Origin: Conchiformibius sp.
Lineage (GTDB): Bacteria > Pseudomonadota > Gammaproteobacteria > Burkholderiales > Neisseriaceae
DNA length: 63,386 nt
Reading direction: 5' to 3'
NCBI GenBank assembly: GCA_030537065.1
Contig: JAUNOT010000001.1
Span: forward strand, 5,255 to 68,640
How positions within the stretch are numbered: the first letter of the stretch is position 1; each line of letters opens with the position of its first letter. A program made the position numbers and the translations under genes. The notes under the pieces are model-generated. The model was not told where the DNA came from. It was given only the letters and a program-made list of their open reading frames with translations, and ran no database searches. Of the stretch, positions 42,084 to 52,344 are shown piece after piece.

Positions 42084-43046
42084 TCAGACAGCCTGAAAAG
42101 AAATGACCAAAGCCTGCATCACTTCATCAACCGACGGAATTTGGCCGATACCGCCCAAACTGACGGCACGCGGGGACGGCTGTACGCCGGTTTTAGCGGG
42201 GTCGCTGTCGGTGTAGATGCCAACCAAAGGTGCGCCAACCGCATCGGCCAGATGCAGCAAGCCGGTATCCACGCCCAACACCGCCTGCGCCCCGCGTAAC
42301 AGCGCGGCTGCCTGCAATAAATCCATGCTCGGACACACACGGACAAAGGGCAAATCTTGTGCCAGCTGTTCGGCGCGGGTGCGCTCGGTTTCGCTGCCCC
42401 AAGGCAGGTAAACTGTCCAGCCGTAGTGTTCGTGTAAACGTTTCAGGCAGTCGCGCCAATGATTTTGCGGCCACAATTTGCTGTCGCGGCTGCTGGCGTG
42501 CAATGCCACCGCATAATCAGACGGCAAATTGGCTACGGCCGCCGTTTCAGGCAGCACGACACCGAAATCAGCTGCGCCGTCCGGCGTGTAACCGAAAGCC
42601 TGTGCCAGCAGTTGCCGGTTGCGCCACACCGCATCGCGTCCTTTTTCTACGGCAAATCGGCGGGCATAAAACAGAGCGGCCAAAGGTTCACGCGCACTAC
42701 TGCCGTCCAAACCGTAAACGGGCGCACCGGCAAAACGGGCAAAAGCGGCGCTTTTCAACAAGCCCTGCGCGTCCAATACCCAATCGTAGCGTTCCGCCTG
42801 CAAATCACGGCGCAGGGCGGCCAGTTCGCGGCGCACGGCTGCCTGAAACGGGGTTTTACGCCATTGCCGCCAACGCAGGGTTTTCACCGCCCGCACCGAC
42901 GGATGCAGCCGTGCAATATCGGCAAACGCCGCCTCCGTCAGCCAATCCAGTTCAATATCGGGACGGTGCCGCTGCAAATCCGACAACGCAGGCAAGGTGT
43001 GAATCAAATCGCCCATACTGGACAGGCGTACAAGCAGGATTTTCAT
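42084..43046 (-). CDS. waaC: LPS/LOS heptosyltransferase I
   Basis: MKILLVRLSSMGDLIHTLPA, DAQGLLKSA, SAREPLA, GVDTGLLHLA. Confidence 0.93.
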   Translation of the reverse strand: MKILLVRLSSMGDLIHTLPALSDLQRHRPDIELDWLTEAAFADIARLHPSVRAVKTLRWRQWRKTPFQAAVRRELAALRRDLQAERYDWVLDAQGLLKSAAFARFAGAPVYGLDGSSAREPLAALFYARRFAVEKGRDAVWRNRQLLAQAFGYTPDGAADFGVVLPETAAVANLPSDYAVALHASSRDSKLWPQNHWRDCLKRLHEHYGWTVYLPWGSETERTRAEQLAQDLPFVRVCPSMDLLQAAALLRGAQAVLGVDTGLLHLADAVGAPLVGIYTDSDPAKTGVQPSPRAVSLGGIGQIPSVDEVMQALVISFQAV

Positions 43047-44566
43047 CGGCTCAACTCCAATAATTTCTCTTTCGCCGCCGCCAACAATTCCGGCCAACCG
43101 CCTAACGGCGAGTGCTGCCGCACGGTCTGCACAGACGGATACCACAGATTCTGCATTCCCGGCACACCCCAGCGCCAATCATAGACAAACGGCAACATCA
43201 GCACCGCCGGCACACCCATTGCCCCCGCCACATGGACAACCGAAGTATCCACCGTCAGCAGGCAGTCCATTTGCCGCAAACGCGCGGCCGTATCAGTAAA
43301 ATCATGCAATTCATCGGCAAAGCTGCGGATACCGTGCCGCTTCAGCCAAGCCCGTTCGGCATCGTTCAAATCTTTTTGCAGGCAGAAAAACTCGGTATCG
43401 GGCATATCCAGCAGTACATCCAACTGGCCGACATCGTGCAGGGAACGGAAACGGTCGTTTTCATGACTGGGACTGCCGCGCCACACCAAACCTATGCGCC
43501 GCTTGCCCGAAGCAGGCAGGACGGCCGCCCCATCTGCAAATAAATACGGCATGGATACCGGCTGTTCAGAAAACGGCTTATCTACATAAGCCAAAACCGC
43601 GTGCGGAAACACCCAATAATCCGCTTCAGGCAGCCCGCAATCGGCGGCGTTAAGTACCACATCAATATCCGGATGGCTCTGCATCAAGCGGAAAATCGGC
43701 GGCTGCACCAGCCAAATCAGCTTGCCCACACCGTAATCCTGCTTCAGCATTTTCGCCAAGCGGGCAAACATGATTTCATCACCCAAACCGAATTCGCTCC
43801 ACACCGCCAGCGTTTTACCGCGCAGGCTTTGCCCCTGCCAGCGTTTGTCGTGCCACTCCGGTGGTGGTGGCGGACAAACATGGCTGCGGCGCGACGGCGA
43901 CAAAAAAGTTTCGGCATGTGCTTCGCGCATTTTAAAACCACGGACGTAATCGCCTGCCGCCAATACCGATAAAATATGCAGCATCTGCACCGACGGCACC
44001 GGTATCTGACGGGCAGTATCCGCCCATAAACGCGCCGCTTCTTCCTGCCAGCCGATACGTTCATAAAACAAGGCGGCATACTGACACACCGCCAACTCAT
44101 TCGGCGCAGTCTGACAGGCCAGCGCATAACAGCTGGCCGCTTCGGCCAGATACCCGCAATGTTCTGCCCGCAATGCCGCTTCTAAAACCGTCATCGCCGG
44201 CAACACATAAGCCTTTTTACGCACAACGGTACTATGATTTTCCCATGCCTGAACCGTTTCAATCAGTGCGTCGGCAGCCAGCATAACATCACTCAGAACA
44301 CGGCGGTTGGTCGGCGTATTTTCTAAAAACAAATGCCCGTTCGGCTTGAGGATACGCAGCCAATTGACCAGACTGCGGGTACGGCTGCGCTCAACCAGGC
44401 TGCCTGAAACCAATACATAATCATAACTTTGATTAGCCACCCCTTGAAGGTAATGAAAATCCTCCTCATCACCTTGCGTCAAAACAATATCTTGGCGCGG
44501 AAGCGGCAAAGATTGGAAACGGGACAGGTAAGCATCACCGTCTATACTGAGAAAAATCGCATTCAT
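43043..44566 (-). CDS. Degenerate methyltransferase-like + TPR + GT-B (GT9-like) glycosyltransferase
   Basis: WQGQSLRGKTLAVWSEFGLGDEIMFAR, RIGLVWRGSP.H.NDR.RS, DFTDTAA..D.LLTVDTSVVHVAGAMG, DWRW..WYPS..RQ; N-terminal SYDYV..NWLRILKPNG. Confidence 0.8.
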   Translation of the reverse strand: MNAIFLSIDGDAYLSRFQSLPLPRQDIVLTQGDEEDFHYLQGVANQSYDYVLVSGSLVERSRTRSLVNWLRILKPNGHLFLENTPTNRRVLSDVMLAADALIETVQAWENHSTVVRKKAYVLPAMTVLEAALRAEHCGYLAEAASCYALACQTAPNELAVCQYAALFYERIGWQEEAARLWADTARQIPVPSVQMLHILSVLAAGDYVRGFKMREAHAETFLSPSRRSHVCPPPPPEWHDKRWQGQSLRGKTLAVWSEFGLGDEIMFARLAKMLKQDYGVGKLIWLVQPPIFRLMQSHPDIDVVLNAADCGLPEADYWVFPHAVLAYVDKPFSEQPVSMPYLFADGAAVLPASGKRRIGLVWRGSPSHENDRFRSLHDVGQLDVLLDMPDTEFFCLQKDLNDAERAWLKRHGIRSFADELHDFTDTAARLRQMDCLLTVDTSVVHVAGAMGVPAVLMLPFVYDWRWGVPGMQNLWYPSVQTVRQHSPLGGWPELLAAAKEKLLELSR

Positions 44567-44640
44567 ATTTTTCCTTGCTGCCTGAAACGGCAAACACCCC
44601 GCCGATGCACGGCATCAGCAGGGTGTCGGATAAAAGCGGC

Positions 44641-44913
44641 TTAATTGTCGGCGCCGGTATAGGGACGGACGCTGACGGTTTTGCGGTTCAAACGGCCTTT
44701 AACGGCAAATTCCACATAGCCGTCCACTTTGGCAAACAGGGTATGGTCTTTGCCCATGCCCACGTTTTCACCCGCATGGAAACGGGTGCCGCGCTGGCGC
44801 ACGATGATGGAACCGGCGGGAATCAGTTCGTTACCGTAGGCTTTTACGCCCAGTCGTTTGGCTTCAGAATCGCGGCCGTTTTTAGAGCTGCCGCCTGCTT
44901 TTTTGGTTGCCAT
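44641..44913 (-). CDS. rpmA: 50S ribosomal protein L27
   Basis: [21 protein letters not shown]. Confidence 0.99.
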   Translation of the reverse strand: MATKKAGGSSKNGRDSEAKRLGVKAYGNELIPAGSIIVRQRGTRFHAGENVGMGKDHTLFAKVDGYVEFAVKGRLNRKTVSVRPYTGADN

Positions 44914-44933
44914 ATCAGATTACTCCTGTTTGT

Positions 44934-45242
44934 TTAGGCGATTGCCACGATTTCAATTTGGGTGAAGTTTTGGCGGTGGCCTTGACGCTTCTGGTAGTGT
45001 TTGCGGCGGCGCATTTTGAAAATGCGGATTTTTTCGCCGCGACCGTGTGCCACTACTTTGGCAGTCACTTTTGCACCTTCAATAAAGGGCGCACCCACTT
45101 TAACCGCGTCGCCGTCAGCAATCATCAAAACTTCGTTCAGTTCGATTTGGCTGTCGAGTTCGGCAGGTATCTGTTCTACTTTCAATTTTTCGCCAACAGC
45201 AACTTTATATTGTTTGCCGCCGGTTTTTACGACCGCGTACAT
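44934..45242 (-). CDS. rplU: 50S ribosomal protein L21
   Basis: [16 protein letters not shown]. Confidence 0.99.
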   Translation of the reverse strand: MYAVVKTGGKQYKVAVGEKLKVEQIPAELDSQIELNEVLMIADGDAVKVGAPFIEGAKVTAKVVAHGRGEKIRIFKMRRRKHYQKRQGHRQNFTQIEIVAIA

Positions 45243-45310
45243 ACTCAACTCCATAGGAATCTCAGTTTACAAAAACACCGCACAATAGGCGTGCGGCTGG
45301 AAAACGCGGC

Positions 45311-45339
45311 ATTATAAGTGCGGCTGCCGTTTTTGTCAA
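45311..45339 (-). promoter_or_regulatory. Consensus sigma70 promoter of rplU-rpmA
   Basis: TTGACA-17 bp-TATAAT. Confidence 0.88.
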
Positions 45340-45428
45340 AACAGGCTGCCTGAAACCGTCCGACACTTTTTATAGAAAATAAACGGCATCAACTATAAAA
45401 TGGCGGCTTTTGCAGACGGGAGCAAGCC

Positions 45429-46013
45429 GTGATTGGCCGTATTTACGGAAAACTGTTGGAAAAACAACCGCCGCAAATCGTGGTGGACACCGGCGGGGTC
45501 GGCTATGAAATTGACGTGCCGATGCAGACTTTCTACGCGCTGCCGCCGGTGGGCGAAACGGTGTTGCTGTACACCCATCTGCAGGTGCGCGAAGACGCGC
45601 ATTTGCTGTACGGCTTTGCTTCGGGCGAAGAACGCGCCACGTTCAGGCAGCTTTTAAAAGTCGGCGGCATCGGTGCCAAAACCGCTTTGGGTATTTTGTC
45701 GGCGATGACGGCGGACGAATTGGCGCAGGCGGTGGCACAGGAAGACGTTAAACGTCTGTCGTCCGCACCCGGCATCGGCAAGAAAACCGCCGAACGCATG
45801 GTGTTGGAGCTGCGCGGCAAACTGTCGCCCTTATCGTCCGCACCGGCCGGTATGCTGCTGCCCGAACAGGGCGACAACCGCGAAGATATGGTCAGCACGC
45901 TGCTGGCCTTGGGTTACAGCGAACGTGAAGCACGCTCGGCAGTCAAAAACATTGCCGCCGATACCGAAGTGGGCGAAGGCGTGCGTTTGGCCTTGAAAAA
46001 CTTAAGTCAATAA
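45429..46013 (+). CDS. ruvA: Holliday junction branch migration protein RuvA
   Basis: [29 protein letters not shown]. Confidence 0.96.
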   Translation: MIGRIYGKLLEKQPPQIVVDTGGVGYEIDVPMQTFYALPPVGETVLLYTHLQVREDAHLLYGFASGEERATFRQLLKVGGIGAKTALGILSAMTADELAQAVAQEDVKRLSSAPGIGKKTAERMVLELRGKLSPLSSAPAGMLLPEQGDNREDMVSTLLALGYSEREARSAVKNIAADTEVGEGVRLALKNLSQ

Positions 46014-46024
46014 CGGAGACGGAA

Positions 46025-46915
46025 ATGGACAACAATTGGCAAAACTGGCAGCGCCGCGCCCAAGCACGGACTGAAGTGATTTTGGAGCGGGTGTTGCCGC
46101 CGGCCGAACAGTTGCCACCTACCTTGCATGAAGCCATGCGTTATGCCGTATTGGGCGGCGGCAAACGCCTGCGCCCGCTGTTGGTATTGGCCGCATCCGA
46201 ATTGGGCACACCCGTTCAGGCAGCCTGCGAAGCGGCGATGGCGGCGGTGGAATGTATCCATGTTTACTCGCTGGTGCATGACGATATGCCCGCGATGGAC
46301 AACGATTCGCTGCGGCGCGGCCGTCCTACCTGCCATGTCCGCTACGGCGAAGCCGTCGCCTTGCTGGTGGGCGATGCCCTGCAAACGCTGGCCTTTGAAC
46401 TACTGTGCAACGACAACAAGCTGTCGGCATCACGCCGCCTGCGTATGGTGCGTACGCTGGCCAAGGCTTCAGGCAGCCTCGGCATGGCGGGCGGTCAGGC
46501 AGTAGATTTGGCCAACACCGGTTGCACCATGCCGCAACGTGCTTTGGAACGGATGCACCGCCTGAAAACCGGCGCGCTGATTCGCGCTTCGGTATTGCTC
46601 GGCGCCCTCAGCTGCCCCGATTTGAAAGACCCCGACTTCAGCCGTCTGAACCGCTATGCCGACAAACTCGGCTTGGCTTTTCAGGTGATAGACGATGTTT
46701 TGGACTGCGAAGCGGACACCGCCACGCTCGGCAAAACCGCAGGCAAAGATGCCGAAGCCGACAAAGCCACTTACGTCAAACTGCTCGGCCTGTCTGCTGC
46801 CCGCGCCTATGCCGAATCGCTGGCGATTGATGCGGTCAAAGAACTTGCGCCATATGACGGCCGCGCCGACCGCCTGCGTGCTTTGGCTGAATTTACTGTG
46901 GCACGGCGCAACTAA
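46025..46915 (+). CDS. ispA: Farnesyl diphosphate synthase
   Basis: GGKRLRP, SLVHDDMPAMDND..RRG, FQVIDD, GKTAGKD. Confidence 0.92.
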   Translation: MDNNWQNWQRRAQARTEVILERVLPPAEQLPPTLHEAMRYAVLGGGKRLRPLLVLAASELGTPVQAACEAAMAAVECIHVYSLVHDDMPAMDNDSLRRGRPTCHVRYGEAVALLVGDALQTLAFELLCNDNKLSASRRLRMVRTLAKASGSLGMAGGQAVDLANTGCTMPQRALERMHRLKTGALIRASVLLGALSCPDLKDPDFSRLNRYADKLGLAFQVIDDVLDCEADTATLGKTAGKDAEADKATYVKLLGLSAARAYAESLAIDAVKELAPYDGRADRLRALAEFTVARRN

Positions 46916-46952
46916 ACAGGCTGCCTGAAATCATTTCAGGCAGCCTGAAGCG

Positions 46953-48821
46953 TTATAAGCGGGAAGGCAGAAAACCACCGCTTTGATGCGCCCACAATTT
47001 GGCATACAGGCCGTTTTGCGCCAGCAGCTCGGCATGCGTGCCTTGTTCTACAATTTTTCCTTCATCCAACACAATCAGCCTGTCCATCGCAGCAATGGTG
47101 GACAAACGATGGGCAATGGCAATCACCGTTTTGTTTTCCATCATCTTATCCAAACTTTGCTGAATCGCTGCTTCCACTTCCGAGTCCAGCGCGCTGGTGG
47201 CTTCGTCCAGCAACAGCACCGGCGCGTCTTTCAGCATCACGCGGGCGATGGCAATGCGCTGACGCTGTCCGCCCGACAACTTAACCCCACGTTCACCGAC
47301 GTGGGCATCGTAGCCATGCCGTCCGGCATTGTCGCTCAAATTCGGAATAAAACCGGCCGCTTCGGCACGACAGGCTGCCTGAATCATTTCATCTTCCGTA
47401 GCTTCGGGGCGGCCGTAAACAATATTGTCGCGCACCGAACGGTGCAGTAGGCCGGTATCTTGAGTAACCAAACCGATTTGTGCGCGCAGGCTTTCTTGGG
47501 TAACCGCGCTGATGTTTTGGCCGTCAATGGTGATTTGCCCTTGCTGCGGTTCATAAAAACGCAGTAACAGGTTAATAATGGTGGATTTTCCTGCCCCGCT
47601 TCGGCCAATCAGCCCGACTTTTTCCCCAGCCTGTATGGTTAAGTGAAAGTTTTGCAATAAAGGCTTGTCGTTTTCGTAAGCAAAGTTTACCCCGTCAAAG
47701 CGGATTTCGCCTTGCCGAACAGCAAGGGGCAAGGCTTTGGGGCGGTCGGTAATGGTGGGGGCGCGGGTTAGAGTGCTGATGCCGTCTTTTACCGTACCAA
47801 TGTTTTCAAACATTTGTGCCGACATCCACATAATGTGTTCAGACAAACCGTTAATACGCAGCGCCATTGTGGTGGCCACCGCCACCGCGCCCACACCGAC
47901 GCTGCCTTCGTGCCATAAATGTACGCCCAGCGCGGTAGTAAGGACAATCAGTACCGCGTTATTTAACACCGAACACAGGTCAATGACGGTAGCCAAGCGC
48001 ATTTGGGCATGAACGGTGTGCATAAATTCCTGCATGGATTCTTTGGCATAGGCCGATTCACGCGCACCGTGCGAAAACAGCTTGACGGTGGCGATATTGG
48101 CATAAGCATCGGTAATGCGGCCGGTCATCAGACTGCGGGCATCGGCCTGACGGCGTGAAGTTTGGCTTAAACGCGGAATCAGAAAACGCACGGTCAGGGC
48201 GAAAAACAACATCCAAATCATAAAAGGCAGTACCAAACGCCCGTCCAAAGTTGCCAAAACAATACCGGTGGTAACAAAAAACACCAGCACATACACCACC
48301 ATATCGGCAAATGCCATTACCGTATCGCGCGCGGCCAGCGCGGTTTGCATCACTTTGGCTGCCACCCGTCCGGCAAACTCGTCCTGATAAAATGCCAGCG
48401 ACTGACTTAACATCAGGCGGTGAAAGTTCCAGCGCAGGCGCATGGGAAACACGCCCAACAGCGTTTGCAGGCGGATATTGCGGGTAATAAAACGCCAGCT
48501 GACCAATATGGCGGGCAATGCTGCCATGGCGGCCAGCTCGCCGCCTTTCTGTTCAAACAAAGTTGCCGGAGAATAGGCATTGAGCCAGTCCACAATCACG
48601 CCCATAAAGCGGAACAGCAAGGCTTCCATCACGCCCAAGCCTGCCGCACCCACCGCCAAAGCCAGCACCCAGCCGCGTACGCCTTCGGAACAAGACCATA
48701 AAAAACGCAGCAGGCCGGTTTCAGGCAGCTTGGGCGGTGCGTCGGGATAGGGTTCGATACGCGACTCAAACCAGCAGAAGATTTGATTGAAACGGTTTTT
48801 AATCCAATTTAAGGGCATCAT
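46953..48821 (-). CDS. ABC exporter, fused permease/ATPase (MsbA/multidrug-like)
   Basis: TM domain, GRSGAGKS, LSGGQRQR, LLLDEATS. Confidence 0.93.
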   Translation of the reverse strand: MMPLNWIKNRFNQIFCWFESRIEPYPDAPPKLPETGLLRFLWSCSEGVRGWVLALAVGAAGLGVMEALLFRFMGVIVDWLNAYSPATLFEQKGGELAAMAALPAILVSWRFITRNIRLQTLLGVFPMRLRWNFHRLMLSQSLAFYQDEFAGRVAAKVMQTALAARDTVMAFADMVVYVLVFFVTTGIVLATLDGRLVLPFMIWMLFFALTVRFLIPRLSQTSRRQADARSLMTGRITDAYANIATVKLFSHGARESAYAKESMQEFMHTVHAQMRLATVIDLCSVLNNAVLIVLTTALGVHLWHEGSVGVGAVAVATTMALRINGLSEHIMWMSAQMFENIGTVKDGISTLTRAPTITDRPKALPLAVRQGEIRFDGVNFAYENDKPLLQNFHLTIQAGEKVGLIGRSGAGKSTIINLLLRFYEPQQGQITIDGQNISAVTQESLRAQIGLVTQDTGLLHRSVRDNIVYGRPEATEDEMIQAACRAEAAGFIPNLSDNAGRHGYDAHVGERGVKLSGGQRQRIAIARVMLKDAPVLLLDEATSALDSEVEAAIQQSLDKMMENKTVIAIAHRLSTIAAMDRLIVLDEGKIVEQGTHAELLAQNGLYAKLWAHQSGGFLPSRL

Positions 48822-48877
48822 GATTTCCCGTCAAACAATAAAAGCTGCCTGAAAACGCTTTCAGGCAGCCTGAATAA

Positions 48878-48952
48878 TGGCCCCGCCGACAGGAATCGAA
48901 CCTGTATTTTACGCTTAGGAGGCATACGTTCTATCCGTTGAACTACGGCGAG
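48878..48952 (-). tRNA. tRNA-Arg(CCT)
   Basis: CTCGCCG acceptor, anticodon stem TATGC-CT-CCT-AA-GCGTA, GGTTCGATTCC, CCA end. Confidence 0.95.
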
Positions 48953-48960
48953 AGCAGCTT

Positions 48961-49935
48961 TTAGGCCAAACGTGCCACCGACAAAACCGCCAGTTGGCGC
49001 ATGACCTGCGTGGTTTCATTGTCGGGCAGCGCGTCCAAACAAGCGGCGGCGCGGTCGGCGGCGGCTTGTGCCTGCGCGGTGCAGTAGGCCAGCGCGTCCG
49101 ATGCCGTCACATGGCGGTAAATCGCATCAAAACGGCTGCGGTCGGCGTTTTGCAGGGCGGCACGCACTTCTTCCGCCGCTTCCGCGCTACCCTGCCGCAT
49201 CAGGTAAATCAAAGGCAAGGTCGGCTTGCCTTCCGCCAAATCGTCGCCGACGTTTTTGCCGATTTGTTCGGGGCTGCCTGAATAATCCAGCACGTCGTCA
49301 ATAATCTGGAACGCCGTGCCGATGTGCATGCCGTAATCTTTCAAGGCCTGCTCCTGCTCGGCCGTCGCACCGGCCAACACCGCGCCCACTTGCGCCGCCG
49401 CTTCAAACAGCTTGGCAGTTTTATACTGAATCACGCGCAGGTATTCGGCTTCGCTGATGTCGGTGTTACCGATGTTCATCAGCTGCATCACTTCGCCTTC
49501 AGCAATAATATTGGTGGCTTCCGCCATAATGTCCAAAATTTTCAGGCTGCCTGAACCAACCATCAGTTGAAAAGCGCGGGTGTACAAAAAGTCGCCCACC
49601 AACACGGCGGCGGCATTGCCGAACAGATTATTGGCGGTGGCACGGCCACGGCGCAGTTCGCTTTCGTCCACCACATCGTCGTGCAGCAGCGTGGAAGTGT
49701 GGATAAACTCCACCATCGCCGCCAACGCATAGAGCTGTTCGCCCTCGTAGCCCAGCGCGCGCCCCGACAACACGGTTAAAACCGGCCGCAGGCGTTTGCC
49801 GCCGGCACTGATGATATAATTGCCGATTTGCGAAATCAGCGCCACTTCCGACTGCACGGCACGGTTAATCACCGCGTCCACACGTTTTAAATCGGCTTCA
49901 AGATAACGTTGAAAATAAGGCAGTTGGCGCAGCAT
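48961..49935 (-). CDS. ispB: Octaprenyl-diphosphate synthase
   Basis: EFIHTSTLLHDDVVD..RRG, AEGEVMQL, FQIIDD. Confidence 0.94.
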   Translation of the reverse strand: MLRQLPYFQRYLEADLKRVDAVINRAVQSEVALISQIGNYIISAGGKRLRPVLTVLSGRALGYEGEQLYALAAMVEFIHTSTLLHDDVVDESELRRGRATANNLFGNAAAVLVGDFLYTRAFQLMVGSGSLKILDIMAEATNIIAEGEVMQLMNIGNTDISEAEYLRVIQYKTAKLFEAAAQVGAVLAGATAEQEQALKDYGMHIGTAFQIIDDVLDYSGSPEQIGKNVGDDLAEGKPTLPLIYLMRQGSAEAAEEVRAALQNADRSRFDAIYRHVTASDALAYCTAQAQAAADRAAACLDALPDNETTQVMRQLAVLSVARLA

Positions 49936-50039
49936 GGGCAGGCTCGGACAAAAGTCAAAGGCAGGAATTATAACAGTTTGGCGGCAGCCTTTCCAAGACT
50001 GTTTTATAATCCGCGCATTTGCCCGCCCTTTGATTGACC

Positions 50040-50768
50040 ATGCGTTTTCTCAGCTACAATATTCAGGCAGCCATCGCTTCAGACAGCTATTTGAGCTATC
50101 TGTCGCGGCTGCACCGCCAAGTTTTGCCCTCTGCCGCCAAACAACAGGTTTTGCAGCGCATCGCCGACTACATCGCCGCCTTTGACGTGGTGTGCCTGCA
50201 AGAAATTGATTTGGGCGGACTGCGTAACGGCTTTAACTGTCAGGCACAGCAACTGACCGCCGCCGCCGGTTTTGCCCACCACATCAGCCAAACCAACCGC
50301 GTGGTCGGCAAGCTGTCGCGGCACGGCAACCTGATTTTAAGCCGTCACCCCCTGCGTACCGCCGCCAATGAAGTTTTGCCTTCGCGCATCAAAGGACGCG
50401 GCATTTTGGCTGCCGCCGTATCGCTGCCCGAAGGCGAAATCGTGTTTGCCAACGTCCACCTCAGCCTCGGCCAAGCCGACCAAGCCGCACAAATCCGCCG
50501 CATCCGCGAACTGCTGTCGCCCTATCCCAACGTTTGCTTAAGCGGCGACTTTAACTGTCCGCCCGACGCGCCCGTGTTGAGCCTGCTGGCCGAAGACGGC
50601 TACCGGCGGCTGGGCAATCCCCACCCCACTTATCCGAGCTGGCGGCCGTCGCAAACGCTGGACCACATCTTTGTCAAAGGCCGTCTTAACGGCAGCGCAC
50701 AAGTCGAACCCTTTACCGCATCCGACCACCTGCCCGTGTCGGCTACGCTGCATTGGCAGGCTGCCTGA
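50040..50768 (+). CDS. Endonuclease/exonuclease/phosphatase family protein
   Basis: SYNI, LQE, GDFN, LDHI, SDHLP. Confidence 0.9.
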   Translation: MRFLSYNIQAAIASDSYLSYLSRLHRQVLPSAAKQQVLQRIADYIAAFDVVCLQEIDLGGLRNGFNCQAQQLTAAAGFAHHISQTNRVVGKLSRHGNLILSRHPLRTAANEVLPSRIKGRGILAAAVSLPEGEIVFANVHLSLGQADQAAQIRRIRELLSPYPNVCLSGDFNCPPDAPVLSLLAEDGYRRLGNPHPTYPSWRPSQTLDHIFVKGRLNGSAQVEPFTASDHLPVSATLHWQAA

Positions 50769-50809
50769 ATCCTTTTATACTGCCACCCACCGCCTTGTGA
50801 GAATCCCAT

Positions 50810-51610
50810 ATGACCCTCCGCCCCCTCCTGCTGTCGGCACTACTGCTGTGCGCCGCCTGCCAGCCCGAAACCCGACAAGCCGCCGCACCGGCCGCTTCAA
50901 CCGCCGCCGACGTTCCCGTGTACCGCGTGGCCACCGACGCCACCTATCCCCCGTTTGAGTTTACCGACCACCGCGGCGACATCATCGGCTTGGATATCGA
51001 CCTGCTCAACGCCATCGCCGAAGACCAAGGCTTTAAAGTGGAATACTACCACCACCCGTGGGAAGGCATGTTCGGTCAGCTTGCCGGCGATGCCGACATT
51101 CTTGCCAGCGCGATTGCCATTACCGAAGAAAGCAAACGCGAAGCCGACTTAAGCAGCAGCTACCACCAAACGCCCTACCGCGCTGTCGCCCTGAAAAGCG
51201 CACATCTGGACGAGTGGCAACTGCACAGCATCAGCGCCGGTAAAAACGAAGACACCATTGACGACCTGAAAGAAGAATATGGTGTAGCCGCCAAACGCAT
51301 CCGCGAAGCCGACACCGTTTATCTGGCGCTGACCGATGTAGTCAAAAAAGAAGCCGAAGTGACGGTCGGCGATGCCGCCGTGCTCAAATACTATATGGAC
51401 AGCCCCACGTTTAAGGGCTACCGTTTTGAAAGCAAAATCCTGCCGTCCGCCGAACCTGAAACCGACAAACTGGTTTTTGCTGTCAAGAAAGGCAATCACG
51501 CCTTGCTGGAAAAAATCAACGCCGGACTGGCCAACCTGAAAAAAAACGGCCGCCTCAACACCATTCTGCAACAATGGCGGCAAGACCCCGCCAAAGAGGA
51601 AACATTATGA
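50810..51610 (+). CDS. Amino acid ABC transporter substrate-binding lipoprotein (family 3)
   Basis: CAAC lipobox-like motif, ATYPPFEF..GLDIDL, KKGNHALL.KIN.GL. Confidence 0.9.
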   Translation: MTLRPLLLSALLLCAACQPETRQAAAPAASTAADVPVYRVATDATYPPFEFTDHRGDIIGLDIDLLNAIAEDQGFKVEYYHHPWEGMFGQLAGDADILASAIAITEESKREADLSSSYHQTPYRAVALKSAHLDEWQLHSISAGKNEDTIDDLKEEYGVAAKRIREADTVYLALTDVVKKEAEVTVGDAAVLKYYMDSPTFKGYRFESKILPSAEPETDKLVFAVKKGNHALLEKINAGLANLKKNGRLNTILQQWRQDPAKEETL

Positions 51611-52278
51611 CCCCCACCCTTCCCCCCGAACAACTGCTGAACGTCTTTCAACAACGCTCCACCGCCAAAGCCTACGACCCCACGCGTAAAATTGCCGATG
51701 CCGACTTTGCCGCCTTGCTGGAAACGGCGCGGCTGTCGCCCAGCTCTTTCGGCTTTGAGCCGTGGCGGTTTGTCGTGGTGCAAAACCCTGATGTCCGCGC
51801 CCTGATTAACGAACACGCGTGGGGCGCAAAAGGCAAAATTTTGGACTGCAGCCATTTTGTGCTGATACTGGTGCGCCAACAAAACACGCTCAACGCCGAT
51901 GCCGCCTATATCGACCATATGATGCGTACCGTCCACAAGCTGCCTGAAGACATCATCGCCCCGCGTCGCGAAACCTACCGCGCCTTTTCACAAAATGATT
52001 TTGATATTGACCACGACCGCGCCCGCTATGATTGGGCGTGCAAACAAAGCTATATCGCCTTGGGTAATATGCTGACCGCCGCCGCGCTGCTGGGCATCGA
52101 CGCCACCGCCGTGGAAGGCTTCCCCTTGGAAACCCTGCACCGCCTGCTGACCGAACGCGGCGTGTATGACGGCGACACTTTCAAGCTGTCGGTGATGGCG
52201 GCATTCGGCTACCGTGCCGATGCGCCGCGCCTGAAAAGCCGCCAAAGCAGCAGCGATGTGATTGCGTGGTGTGAATAA
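51607..52278 (+). CDS. Nitroreductase family NAD(P)H oxidoreductase (NfsB-like)
   Basis: R.T.K.YD, LSPSSFGFEPW, EGF, FGYR. Confidence 0.9.
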   Translation: MTPTLPPEQLLNVFQQRSTAKAYDPTRKIADADFAALLETARLSPSSFGFEPWRFVVVQNPDVRALINEHAWGAKGKILDCSHFVLILVRQQNTLNADAAYIDHMMRTVHKLPEDIIAPRRETYRAFSQNDFDIDHDRARYDWACKQSYIALGNMLTAAALLGIDATAVEGFPLETLHRLLTERGVYDGDTFKLSVMAAFGYRADAPRLKSRQSSSDVIAWCE

Positions 52279-52344
52279 TATTTGACAGGCTGCCTGAAAA
52301 CTTTTATGTTCAGGCAGCCTGATTGGCTTTTTTAAGGAACTGTT

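Noticed and set aside
20904-46013. fdx outside an isc operon, ruvA without ruvB, lpxB not adjacent to rnhB
   Set aside because: Operon fragmentation is common in Neisseriaceae; not evidence of novelty by itself
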